A DNA stretch of 64,000 nt from a virus. Below are positions 1 to 9,208 of this stretch, in pieces (position 1 is the stretch's first letter; each line of letters opens with the position of its first letter). The position numbers were made by a program, and so were the translations under genes. Below the pieces are notes generated by a model. It was not told the DNA's origin, did no database searches, and was given only the letters and a program-made list of their open reading frames with translations. Where the stretch lies: IMG/VR virus record IMGVR_UViG_3300010389_000003, positions 1 through 64,000 of that record. One strand, 5' to 3'.

Positions 1-1
1 T

Positions 2-1561
2 CTCCGTGCGGCTGGCGGCGGCGGGGGGACCACCCACACAGGCGCGGCGTCGCTCTCGGGCGCGGCGACACTCGCCGCTACGGGCCGCAAGGTTGCGAGG
101 GGTGCGGCGTCTCTGACCGGCACGGCGTCTCTGAGCGTCTCTGGCACAAAGTCGGTCACCGGCTTATTCGTCCCTGAAGCTACTGTCACAGCTGAGGCAG
201 AGGTTCCTACGATTGCCGCTACAAGACTAGTTTCGATTGCTGGAGCTGAAGGCACAGCCACGATTGAAGGCGAAGCTCCTATCGTTACGACGACCAGGCT
301 TGTTAATATAAGCGCAACTGAGGGTATCGTAACGACCGAAGGAGAAGCACCTTCTGTTGCAGCCATAAGAAATACATCCGTTACCATCCCAGAGGCAACG
401 GCTATAGCCGAAGCAGAAACACCTTCGATTGTCTCCGGTGATGTTGTTTCTGTTTCCGCTGTTGAAGGTTCGGTTACGATTGAGGGTGAACCACCGGTTA
501 TTAGTACCACTATGGTGGCATCTATAAATGCACCCGAAGGGGTCGCTACAGTTGAGGGCGCAGTGCCCACTATTGCGGCTACAGGAAATGTCTCTATATC
601 TACCCCTGAAGCTACTGTCACAGCTGAGGCAGAGGTTCCTACGATTGCCGCTACAAGACTAGTTTCGATTGCTGGAGCTGAAGGCACAGCCACGATTGAA
701 GGCGAAGCTCCTTCGATTTCGGCTCTTAGCCCCCATAGTCTTAATTCTCCTCCAGAGGCTACAGCTACAATTGAGGGTGAGGCCCCTACGGTAACTTCAG
801 TTAGGGCAGCTTCTATATCTGCAGTTGAGGGCACGGCAGTTGCAGGAACCGACGTACCTGTGGTATCTGCTGTTACATCAACGAATATCAATGCGGTTGA
901 AGCTATTGTTACAGTTGAAGGTGAAATTCCTACAATTACAACATCTAGGAATGTGTTGGTTAGTGCACCAGAAGCTACCGCCATTGCTAGTAGCGACCCC
1001 TCTACGGTTGGGGGCGTTAGTGTAGTCTCTATTTCTGTCCCTGAAGCCACAGCTATATCTGAAGCTGAAGCACCTATAGTATCTGTCGTTGAAACAGCAT
1101 CTATAAACGCAGTAGAGTCTACGGTTATGGCGGTAGGTGAACCTCCTACTATAACTACTGTTAGGATAGCTTCTATATCTGCAGTTGAGGGTGAAGTTAC
1201 CGCTGAGGGCGAAGTTCCATTAGTCGGTGCAGCGGAGACAACCAGTGTCGTTGCCCCTGAAGGTACGGGGACGATTGAAGGTGCAGTTCCGACAGTCATC
1301 GCAATCAGGTCTGTAGCTATCGCTGCACCAGCAAGCATCGCTACCGCTTCTGGTTCAGCTGTGATTGTAGATTCGGGAATTTCCCCAGCTCTTATGACCC
1401 TTAATGCTCTTGCCCCGTTGGTCATAGCAAACAGCGCTCCAGATATATCGGTACAAACAATAATAACTCAAATATTCAATACATCTAGCGCTTCTTCTAG
1501 CGTAACCCATTTAGCAGAGGACCATCATGCAACAGTAAATATTATGGTCCCCAAGCCTTAG
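2..1561 (+). CDS. 5'-truncated Ala/Thr/Val/Glu-rich repeat virion protein (fibre/decoration-like)
   Basis: Frame is open from position 2 (LRAAGGGGGTTHTGAASLSG...) through the tracked 512..1561 ORF. About 17 tandem 24-aa units such as SISTPEATVTAEAEVPTIAATRLV. Confidence 0.75.
   Translation, partial: LRAAGGGGGTTHTGAASLSGAATLAATGRKVARGAASLTGTASLSVSGTKSVTGLFVPEATVTAEAEVPTIAATRLVSIAGAEGTATIEGEAPIVTTTRLVNISATEGIVTTEGEAPSVAAIRNTSVTIPEATAIAEAETPSIVSGDVVSVSAVEGSVTIEGEPPVISTTMVASINAPEGVATVEGAVPTIAATGNVSISTPEATVTAEAEVPTIAATRLVSIAGAEGTATIEGEAPSISALSPHSLNSPPEATATIEGEAPTVTSVRAASISAVEGTAVAGTDVPVVSAVTSTNINAVEAIVTVEGEIPTITTSRNVLVSAPEATAIASSDPSTVGGVSVVSISVPEATAISEAEAPIVSVVETASINAVESTVMAVGEPPTITTVRIASISAVEGEVTAEGEVPLVGAAETTSVVAPEGTGTIEGAVPTVIAIRSVAIAAPASIATASGSAVIVDSGISPALMTLNALAPLVIANSAPDISVQTIITQIFNTSSASSSVTHLAEDHHATVNIMVPKP
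172..712 (+). repeat. Exact 109-bp direct repeat (172..280 and 604..712) inside a degenerate 72-bp tandem array
   Basis: ccctgaagctactgtc...ggcgaagctcct occurs twice, 432 bp (6 x 72) apart. Confidence 0.93.
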
Positions 1562-1704
1562 GTGCCATTTCGGAAGGGTCTTTTGCTGAGGTGGGAGAAG
1601 ATAGTCATACCGTTGGTTCCAGCATTAGCTCGTCGTCTGGTTCTGCTATTGTGGTTGAATCAAGAATACAGCCACTGTAATTAAAGGAATCATAGATAAA
1701 TGAT

Positions 1705-1712
1705 TTACTATA
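1705..1712 (+). promoter_or_regulatory. Putative phage late-promoter motif TTACTATA
   Basis: Intergenic; the same motif recurs at 2648, 6270, 6310, 7674 and 53968 upstream of structural genes. Confidence 0.55.
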
Positions 1713-1736
1713 TTGAGATATGGTCTAGGAGATAAG

Positions 1737-2624
1737 ATGTCTGTAATTACCCAAAACCGCACTTACAGAATAACAAATCTGTACACAAACTGGAACGACA
1801 CCCTCAACGAGACAGAGGTTGCTGATCCTGATAGTGTAGAGGTGAGAATTTATACGACTTCTGTTGAAGTAGCCAATTTGGTAACCACAACCGTACCGAT
1901 AAAGGTAACGGATGGTGAATACTATTATGATCTTAATTATTCTGGTACAGGTAAGATCATAGTTGTTTTTGAAGCCACATTTGGAGGATCTAACCTTCAA
2001 GATACCGAATACGAATTGGAGGTTATTGCAGAAGGGGGGTCAAGTAGCGGTACCGTATTTAAAACGCTCATTGAAGATCAAACACTTTTGTTCTCTTCGG
2101 GTATGACACCTCTTTACTTTAATCCAGAAGAAATATTATATCTGTTCCCAGATTCTAATGAGCTAGAAGTAGCAGAGTATATTCATTACGCTTCTTTAGA
2201 GGTTCTAGATATCTTGTGTGCAGATGCGAGCACTACGACGTACGCAGATCTTCCTTATATAGCTATTGAGTATATTCAAGCTTCTGTTGCGTGCAGTCTT
2301 AGTAGAATTTATGAAGATGGATTTGGCGTAGATGCGTCTATCCGTCTTGGTGATATGTCCGTAACAAACCCCAACGCAGGGGGAACAGGCAGATATATCA
2401 ATAGGGCAAACGCTAGTACATGGTGTCAATTAGCGTCTGCACTGAGAAAAGAACTCCTTCAGGAATCAACCAAATTTGGATCAAATAGGGGCCTTAAGGC
2501 ATTCACTAAGGGCTCTAGATATCCTAATCCAATACCAGACAGAACCATCCTACATGTAGGCGAGGCACGCGTTGATCGCTATGAATTGCGAGATAATCGT
2601 GCCTTAAAGTCTCTAGAAGACTGA
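1737..2624 (+). CDS. Virion structural protein, probable head-tail connector/adaptor with N-terminal Ig-like region
   Basis: AGGAGA RBS before ATG 1737; beta-rich N-terminus, helical middle, SIRLGDMSV segment reminiscent of adaptors; position in the neck module. Confidence 0.5.
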   Translation: MSVITQNRTYRITNLYTNWNDTLNETEVADPDSVEVRIYTTSVEVANLVTTTVPIKVTDGEYYYDLNYSGTGKIIVVFEATFGGSNLQDTEYELEVIAEGGSSSGTVFKTLIEDQTLLFSSGMTPLYFNPEEILYLFPDSNELEVAEYIHYASLEVLDILCADASTTTYADLPYIAIEYIQASVACSLSRIYEDGFGVDASIRLGDMSVTNPNAGGTGRYINRANASTWCQLASALRKELLQESTKFGSNRGLKAFTKGSRYPNPIPDRTILHVGEARVDRYELRDNRALKSLED

Positions 2625-2647
2625 CTTTTGGTTCATTAAATAATTGA

Positions 2648-2655
2648 TTACTATA
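2648..2655 (+). promoter_or_regulatory. Putative late-promoter motif TTACTATA
   Basis: AT-rich intergenic copy of the recurring motif. Confidence 0.55.
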
Positions 2656-2709
2656 CAAACCAGATCGCAATAATAGGTTTGTCTTTATTCTAAGGAGTAT
2701 TTTACTAAA

Positions 2710-3147
2710 ATGGCAACAGCAACTATTTATGGTAAATACGTCATGAACGCCCTATCAGGGCTTGTTGACATTGGCAGTGGTTCACCAGACACGCTAACAC
2801 TAACGCTGCACACATCTTCATATACACCATCTCAGCTACATGAGCACTATGATGATTTGACCAATGAGATAACACCAGCAGATGATTACAGTGCAGGCGG
2901 AAAAGCATTAACAAATCTTAGCTTATCTTTTGATAATGTAGATACAATTACGTTTGATGCAGATGATGTTACATGGACTACATCAACTTTGACCGCAAGA
3001 TATGCGGTTCTATCTCAAGACACAGCTACACCAGCTACTGACGTGCTAATCATGTATTTAGATTTTGGTTCGGATCAATCATCCTCCGCTGCTGATTTTA
3101 CGGTACAGTGGAATACTGGTGGCATTTTTACTGTCACTCTTTCATAA
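2710..3147 (+). CDS. Small beta-rich virion structural protein
   Basis: AAGGAG RBS; YSAGG...FDADDVTW...DFG...FTVQWN pattern typical of a small phage virion protein family. Confidence 0.65.
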   Translation: MATATIYGKYVMNALSGLVDIGSGSPDTLTLTLHTSSYTPSQLHEHYDDLTNEITPADDYSAGGKALTNLSLSFDNVDTITFDADDVTWTTSTLTARYAVLSQDTATPATDVLIMYLDFGSDQSSSAADFTVQWNTGGIFTVTLS

Positions 3148-3185
3148 AATTAGTTTTTAGCTACTATCAATGTTATAGAATCTTA

Positions 3186-3225
3186 GGTGGCCAGGATGCG
3201 AAAGTGTCCTGGTCGCTATTTTATT
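3186..3225 (+). terminator. Probable intrinsic terminator
   Basis: ggtggccaggatgc-GAAA-gtgtcctggtcgct stem (with G-U pairs) followed by attttatt. Confidence 0.65.
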
Positions 3226-3256
3226 GGTACTAATTGTTTTAGAAAGTAGGAGTATC

Positions 3257-3649
3257 ATGGCTGATTTAAGAAAAAAATTTCAAACAATCCTTAGAAAATA
3301 CGGACATGATGTTTATCTTCAGAGAAGGATATCGCCGTACGAGAGCGAAAACGTAGAATATGCAGATTCTTTAGAGAAGCATACAACAAGACATATGTAC
3401 GCTTCAAATAAAGGCCTACCCGCTACGGCACAAGAAAACATTGAAGGTATTACTCATGACTCTGAATTAATTTACTATTTTAAGCATGACGCAATCCCTA
3501 GAGAGGGGGACCGCATTTACGAGAATCTTTCGGGTTATCCGGATAATCTCGTAACATGGTTGATTGATTTCGTTGTACCAATGAGGTTTAAGACAGGCAG
3601 AATTGAATATTGGGCCGTAGGAGCATCAAGAGAAGAGCCTTCATCTTGA
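3257..3649 (+). CDS. Probable head-closure/neck protein
   Basis: AGGAG RBS, ATG 3257; YGHDVYLQR...YYF...PREGDRIYE pattern and size fit head-closure proteins. Confidence 0.55.
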   Translation: MADLRKKFQTILRKYGHDVYLQRRISPYESENVEYADSLEKHTTRHMYASNKGLPATAQENIEGITHDSELIYYFKHDAIPREGDRIYENLSGYPDNLVTWLIDFVVPMRFKTGRIEYWAVGASREEPSS

Positions 3650-3696
3650 TTGATGACTGAGCAGGTGTCCTGTAGTGAACTGTAAGGAGGGCTCAT

Positions 3697-3999
3697 ATGG
3701 CAGTAGTTATAGAATTAATAGACATTTCTAATCTTGATGACAATGTAGCACATTCGGGAGAGGAAGTAACTATAACGGTTAGCGCTATTAATGATGGCAA
3801 CCTTTATGATCCGTCTGATATTTCTTTAATTTTCTATAGGCGTGGTGCTGGCGGGAATCTCAGTTCGAGACTTTCTTATTCTAATGGAGAAATTTCAAGA
3901 ATTAGTAAAGGCATATATTCATATACGATTCCATCGTCAATGACAAATAATTTAATTAAAGGAAAATATATTGTACAATGGACTATAGACACTAATTAG
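3697..3999 (+). CDS. Small Ig-like virion protein
   Basis: AAGGAGG RBS; GIYSYTIP...GKYIVQW beta-sandwich pattern. Confidence 0.55.
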   Translation: MAVVIELIDISNLDDNVAHSGEEVTITVSAINDGNLYDPSDISLIFYRRGAGGNLSSRLSYSNGEISRISKGIYSYTIPSSMTNNLIKGKYIVQWTIDTN

Positions 4000-4006
4000 G
4001 TGAAAT

Positions 4007-5266
4007 ATGACTGAAATTACATCCGTATCTTCTTTTGTAATAGAATCAAGGCCCCGCCTTGTTAAGGGCGATATTAGAGACACGCCCCAAAGAGCTGGTA
4101 CGATAAAAGAAACACCAAGTTCGGGCGATCTAGGTCTAGGATTGACTGACAGACTATACTTAATCGGGCATGCAGACGGACTTGAGATAAATGATCCATA
4201 TCAAGTGGCCAATGTTCAGGACCTTATTAATATTTTGGGTGCTGACACAGACTCCCCCCTACTGAGGGGGTTCTTTGATGTTTACAATGAGGGGGCACGA
4301 GATATCTGGCTGGTTGCTGCAGCCCCAATGGATGAATATATCGCAGACCAATCCGATCGTAACGTAGCTTATGATCATCTTGGTGATCAGACCTTTTACG
4401 AAACATATTACGACAGGTTGACTACCACCTACTCTATATTGCGAGACTTTACTGAACCAGAGATCATAGTTCCTCTAGAGGCTCCGATGTATTACACCGC
4501 CGGTGTAGATTTCCTGACTCAGCTATCAGACCACTGCCAAGACGCAATAGCGTGGACCGGCACGGTCAGACTGGGGTTTATCGGTACTCGAATCACGGAT
4601 CAGTCATCATCAGACATAACGGCAATAGCTGCAGACAGCAGACTTGATACGATAGCTGCAACAGCTGGCGGCAAGTTTGTTTTGGTGTTGGGCGGCGAAG
4701 TCTCAGTGAGTCACCCACAGGTAGACGTTGCTTGGTCCTCAAGTGCGGCAACAATAGCTGCTGGAGCACTATCCGCTGCCCGGATTGACAGAGCACTCAT
4801 GCACCTCAAGTTCCGTAGTGTCATGTCCCCATCAGCGGCAAGTTTGACGAATGATCAGCTGAGTACCCTTGCTCTCAAGAAAGTCAATTGGATTGGTCGA
4901 TCTACAATTGGGGAGCGAGGTGTGCCATATCAGACACATGCCAAAACTGATAATACATTGACATCGAGAAATGATGCTCTGTGGGCTGTTTCTCATATGC
5001 GGATATTATCAAAGGTGATCAATAATATACACGCAATCGGTAGCGGCTTCATCGGCAGCATTGGATACCCGAAGCTTCAGCAAGATGTTGAGCTTTATTT
5101 AAGATATCTGGTGACAGATGATATACTGAAGGACTACAACCTAACAATATACAGAAAAGAGGAAGACCCTAACACAGCAGTGGTAGATGTGAATCTTATC
5201 ATATATGGCACTCTGCGTGAACTTTTCTTGAGTGTTTCGGTTGGCAATAAGACCATGGTTTCCTAG
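4007..5266 (+). CDS. Tail sheath-like protein (minor paralog)
   Basis: C-terminal FIG...LQQDVELYLRYLV...VDVNLIIYGTLRELFLSVSV resembles the sheath C-terminal domain and parallels the end of the 6360 protein. Confidence 0.7.
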   Translation: MTEITSVSSFVIESRPRLVKGDIRDTPQRAGTIKETPSSGDLGLGLTDRLYLIGHADGLEINDPYQVANVQDLINILGADTDSPLLRGFFDVYNEGARDIWLVAAAPMDEYIADQSDRNVAYDHLGDQTFYETYYDRLTTTYSILRDFTEPEIIVPLEAPMYYTAGVDFLTQLSDHCQDAIAWTGTVRLGFIGTRITDQSSSDITAIAADSRLDTIAATAGGKFVLVLGGEVSVSHPQVDVAWSSSAATIAAGALSAARIDRALMHLKFRSVMSPSAASLTNDQLSTLALKKVNWIGRSTIGERGVPYQTHAKTDNTLTSRNDALWAVSHMRILSKVINNIHAIGSGFIGSIGYPKLQQDVELYLRYLVTDDILKDYNLTIYRKEEDPNTAVVDVNLIIYGTLRELFLSVSVGNKTMVS

Positions 5267-5271
5267 GAGTA

Positions 5272-6237
5272 ATGATGGAACAGAGAAGGGACGTATATAC
5301 GAGATACTCATCGGTTCAGGCGGCGGGATCTCCACTTTACTCAGATAAGCCGATGCTACGAGCAGATGGTCACATGACATTTAGGGAATTCATTGCCGTT
5401 GTTGAAAAACTTTGGGAAAACATTCATCCAGATATCCCGATCCGACCAACGCAATCTGAAGAATTTGCTAAATATCCAGTGATAGTTTATTCATTGGAAC
5501 TTAGAAAATCCCATCCGTCAGAACCCAAAGCCAAGTACAGGGAAGAGATCGTGGACGATGATGGGACAATATATTCCATATATGGTCATCGTCTCGATAA
5601 TCTAATAGCCTTCTCTGCAGTGACACGTAACAATCCGAAGTTGGCAGAAGCTATCATAGAGCAATTCGAACTCTTCATGGACGAATATGTGGGCACCCTC
5701 AAGCAATTAGGTGCATCAGAGATAGTCTTCTCCAGAAGAATGTCCGATCGGGACGAAAATAGAACCAATGAAGATGTCGATGTAAGGACAGCGGTATATA
5801 AAGTTACCCTAGAAAGAGTCAACTACGTTGCTGAAGCGAAACTTGAAAGCATCAGGACTGAAGTTCGAACCTTCCTCGAGTATCAGCGCGTTCCTTCGTT
5901 TGAGGTTACTGAAGCACAGGTTGGGACTAACGAAATCACACTGATTCAGAAAAATGTGATCGTTAAGGTGGGGGATCTTATCGTATTGAAATCCATCGAC
6001 AATAGATTCTTTAGATATCCATATGGAACCGTAGATGGTAACACCTACCTGGTAAGCGCAGTAACCACAGACACAAGTACAAGTCCGGCAACTTTGACAC
6101 TAAACCTGACAACCCCAGCGGGTGTCGATGTCGAGTTTGCATCATCAGGCAAGGGCGTGTGGCTACATACGGTCAGAGATAATTTGCCAGTCGCCATTAT
6201 AGACCAACAAGCTGAAGGAGCTACTCCATCCTACTGA
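5272..6237 (+). CDS. Probable tail terminator/completion protein with extra C-terminal beta domain
   Basis: YPVIVYSL...DNLIAFSAVT...AEAIIEQFELFM pattern; immediately upstream of the sheath gene. Confidence 0.55.
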   Translation: MMEQRRDVYTRYSSVQAAGSPLYSDKPMLRADGHMTFREFIAVVEKLWENIHPDIPIRPTQSEEFAKYPVIVYSLELRKSHPSEPKAKYREEIVDDDGTIYSIYGHRLDNLIAFSAVTRNNPKLAEAIIEQFELFMDEYVGTLKQLGASEIVFSRRMSDRDENRTNEDVDVRTAVYKVTLERVNYVAEAKLESIRTEVRTFLEYQRVPSFEVTEAQVGTNEITLIQKNVIVKVGDLIVLKSIDNRFFRYPYGTVDGNTYLVSAVTTDTSTSPATLTLNLTTPAGVDVEFASSGKGVWLHTVRDNLPVAIIDQQAEGATPSY

Positions 6238-6269
6238 TCAAATGTAATATTCGTTTGCATTTATATATG

Positions 6270-6317
6270 TTACTATATGTCTAGAAAGAGTATTAACATG
6301 CATAGGGCATTACTAAA
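6270..6317 (+). promoter_or_regulatory. Two putative late-promoter motifs (TTACTATA 6270, TTACTAAA 6310) upstream of the sheath gene
   Basis: Recurring motif in the 120-bp AT-rich intergenic region. Confidence 0.55.
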
Positions 6318-6359
6318 TACATTATGCAGAGTCTAGCATAGGATTTTTGGAGGTTTATT

Positions 6360-7673
6360 GTGGCTCTTCCTGGAGTGTCTACAGTAATTAAAGACCGGTT
6401 TTATAGTCTGTCAAGGACGAATATCCCCACCGGTCCGCGCGTTGCTATTATTGGTCGTCGTACTATTAGTGAATCTTCGGATGTAAACACTGATGGGACC
6501 GAAACCTATATCAATAATGCCACCGCGGTTACTGATGTTGATCCGTATAACGCAGCCGATGAGCAGAGCGTTATCCAGATCTTTGGGTACGGCTCAGACG
6601 TACATCGGGGATATATTGAAGCGATTGCAGGTGGAGCCTCAAGGGTAACACTCATTGCCCTGCCATCTGATACTACTTTTAATCACACGGATGGTACGAT
6701 CGAATCTGCCACCTACACCGCATTGATAGGAAGCAACACGCTTTTTGACGATGTATTTTCTGCTGCAGAGTCTGCACGGGCAGATATCATTGTCCCGTGG
6801 GGCCGTGGTTCTGGCACTACCGAGTTCCAAAGCCCAGCCACACCGGGTGATGACACTGAGCTAGGCTTCCATGCTGATAACTCAACGGTGTTTGTTAACA
6901 GCTGGCTAGCCAAGGTTGCCAGGAAGTGCAAAACCATTACGGCTAATTCGCACCCATGCTTTGCTGTTATGGGTATTGCACCCTATATCGGTGCAGCTAC
7001 GGCGAATGGTGGTATGACACCGGCAGCTGTACAGGGTCACATTGGTTCCGCTGGAATGGCCTCTCTCATTGAGCGAGATAACAGTAACCTAGATAATGAT
7101 GGCGTTTATGTTTCTGTTGTTGCAGCAGAAATTCGCCCGGTTGGATACAACGCCGCGAGCAATCTCGGCTACTCAAACGGTGCAGCCATGTATGCTGGTG
7201 CTATCGCAGCGCTAGATTCGTGGTCTGCTCCCACCGGCAAGGTTGTGTACAACGTGGAATCACTGCGTTACAACCCAACCAGAACACAGCAAAATGCGAT
7301 GATCGCAAAGGGTGTTGTCCCTATAGCGCTTGACGCAAACCGTATAGCACGCTGGGTTGATGCTTTGACATTCAGCAAGCCGCTATCAGACTACACTCGT
7401 CTAACAACCCTAAGAATCGTTTTCGATTCTGTCCTTATGGTTCGTTCTGTCTCACAGAAGTTCATTGGCGAGGCTTCAAACCTACAGGCACGCAACTCTC
7501 TCGAAACAGCAATCACCACAGGCTTGCGCACGATGCAGCAAGAAGGGTCTTTGATTTCGAGTGACTTTACAGTAAGATATGTATCAGCGGACAACGAAGC
7601 ACTGATTGACCTAGTGCTTCGCCCTGCATTCGAGCTTCGTAACATCGAAGTGTCAGTAAGCGTCCAACTGTAA
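6360..7673 (+). CDS. Major tail sheath protein
   Basis: N-terminal ALPGV; C-terminal LTTLRIV...KFIGE...RNSLETAI...LRPAFELRNIEVSVSV; GGAGG RBS; followed by the tube gene. Confidence 0.88.
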   Translation: MALPGVSTVIKDRFYSLSRTNIPTGPRVAIIGRRTISESSDVNTDGTETYINNATAVTDVDPYNAADEQSVIQIFGYGSDVHRGYIEAIAGGASRVTLIALPSDTTFNHTDGTIESATYTALIGSNTLFDDVFSAAESARADIIVPWGRGSGTTEFQSPATPGDDTELGFHADNSTVFVNSWLAKVARKCKTITANSHPCFAVMGIAPYIGAATANGGMTPAAVQGHIGSAGMASLIERDNSNLDNDGVYVSVVAAEIRPVGYNAASNLGYSNGAAMYAGAIAALDSWSAPTGKVVYNVESLRYNPTRTQQNAMIAKGVVPIALDANRIARWVDALTFSKPLSDYTRLTTLRIVFDSVLMVRSVSQKFIGEASNLQARNSLETAITTGLRTMQQEGSLISSDFTVRYVSADNEALIDLVLRPAFELRNIEVSVSVQL

Positions 7674-7790
7674 TTACTAAATAAGTGTACCCCCCTAGTG
7701 AGCCTCTCCCGAGAAAGACGGTGAAGCGCCTAGGGGGAGAACACACCCTTAATAACTGAGGCTAGTGAGAACCACTAGCGACTAAGGAGA
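7674..7790 (+). promoter_or_regulatory. Late-promoter motif (TTACTAAA) plus structured 5' leader of the tail tube gene
   Basis: ccccctag...ctaggggg stem flanked by gtgt/acac, then a gctagtg-agaac-cactagc hairpin just before the AAGGAG RBS. Confidence 0.5.
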
Positions 7791-7797
7791 TAATACT

Positions 7798-8466
7798 ATG
7801 GCAGGCTTTCAGAGTGGTCCAACACAGGTTGGGCAATACACCAATACATACACGACCTTCTCGGGTTCAGACATCGTTGCCTCATTCGGTGGCGTAACAG
7901 TCGGTAACCTAATGGGTATCACCTGGTCAGTCACCAGGGAGAAGGCTCCGATTTACACCATGGGTAGCCCCAACCCCCGCTCCTTCTCAAGAGGTAAGCG
8001 CGGTATTGCTGGCTCACTTATCTTCATGGTGTTTGATCGTCCTTCACTTTACACTATGCTTCTCAAGAACGCAGATAATGATGACATCAAGTACTACACC
8101 CGCTCCAATAACATAGTTCCAGGAATGGCTACGAACGGATCGGTATCCTATCGCGGTATCACCCCAGTTGGTGATGGTAACGATGGAGCGCTAGACGTAA
8201 TTGCTGCATTCCCCCACTACTCAGATCAGATTCCTCCGTTTGACGTAACCGTTACATTTGCTAACGAATATGGTCAAGCAGCCGTTCGCAACATTTACGG
8301 CGTTGAGCTTCTGAACGAAGGTTCCGGTGCGTCCATGGATGACATCGTGATCGAAGAAACAATGACCTATGTGGCTCGCGAAGTAGGACCCATGGTCGCC
8401 CTTAAGGGTCCACGCGATGCAAACTTTAGCGAGAATGCTCTCGAGTCTGATATTGTCACACCGTAA
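7798..8466 (+). CDS. Tail tube protein (major)
   Basis: YTTFSGSDIVA...ITWSVTREKAP...RGKRGIAGSLIF...DQIPPFDVT...IYGVELLNEG; directly after the sheath, with a strong RBS and a terminator. Confidence 0.8.
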   Translation: MAGFQSGPTQVGQYTNTYTTFSGSDIVASFGGVTVGNLMGITWSVTREKAPIYTMGSPNPRSFSRGKRGIAGSLIFMVFDRPSLYTMLLKNADNDDIKYYTRSNNIVPGMATNGSVSYRGITPVGDGNDGALDVIAAFPHYSDQIPPFDVTVTFANEYGQAAVRNIYGVELLNEGSGASMDDIVIEETMTYVAREVGPMVALKGPRDANFSENALESDIVTP

Positions 8467-8496
8467 TTAGAAACACGTAACTCTATTACGTGAATG

Positions 8497-8537
8497 AAGG
8501 GGCGATCTACCAAGTTGTAGGCGCCCCTTTTCATTTT
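8497..8537 (+). terminator. Intrinsic terminator after the tube gene
   Basis: aaggggcg...ctac-caagtt-gtag...cgcccctt followed by a T-rich tract. Confidence 0.75.
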
Positions 8538-8548
8538 AGGAGATTAAA

Positions 8549-9208
8549 TTGTCTGAATCCCCGATAGACTTTAGCAGTGATCTGGTAGCACCAGATGGGA
8601 ACCCAGCACCACGCGGTGCTTTCGATTCACCAAACACTATTGTGTTCGACAAGCTTTCTGAGTCCAACCCCTATGTGACATATTCGGGTGCGGACATTGT
8701 CGCAACCATGAACCTCCCGGGTGGAGAGACCATTGTCCTTGGGGAACTTCAGACCCTTTCATATTCCATACACAGAGAGAATACCCCGGTTCGACTTCTC
8801 GGCCATGCTGCACCTGTAAGCTTTGTAAAGGGCACGAGGACAATAGCCGGGTCACTTATTTTCACCGTATTCAATAGTTATGCTTTCTATAGAATAGCAT
8901 GCATGAGAAATCATGTTAGCAAGGGATTTTATCATTTGGCTGATCAGCTTCCCCCATTTGATATTACCTTGACGTTTGTAAATGAATACGGATCATTTTC
9001 AACCATGAGGATATTAGGCTTATCGATTATTGACGAAGGTGGTACAATGTCCATTGATGACCTAATCACCGAGCAGACATTCACCTATGTTGCAAGAGCC
9101 ATACAGCCAATGACATCGTTCGTTCCCGAAACCATCAGAGAACAAGCTGGCGATCGTTCAGTTGCTAGTAACAGGATAACCAATCAAACAATTATTGAGG
9201 TTCTATAA
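8549..9208 (+). CDS. Tail tube paralog 2
   Basis: YSGADIVA...LSYSIHRE...KGTRTIAGSLIF...DQLPPFDIT...IIDEG, colinear with the 7798 protein. Confidence 0.8.
   Translation: MSESPIDFSSDLVAPDGNPAPRGAFDSPNTIVFDKLSESNPYVTYSGADIVATMNLPGGETIVLGELQTLSYSIHRENTPVRLLGHAAPVSFVKGTRTIAGSLIFTVFNSYAFYRIACMRNHVSKGFYHLADQLPPFDITLTFVNEYGSFSTMRILGLSIIDEGGTMSIDDLITEQTFTYVARAIQPMTSFVPETIREQAGDRSVASNRITNQTIIEVL

Noticed and set aside
172-712. Repeats as a CRISPR array or DGR template/variable pair
   Set aside because: They are in-frame coding repeats, the two copies are identical (no adenine-specific differences), and no spacers or reverse transcriptase are seen.
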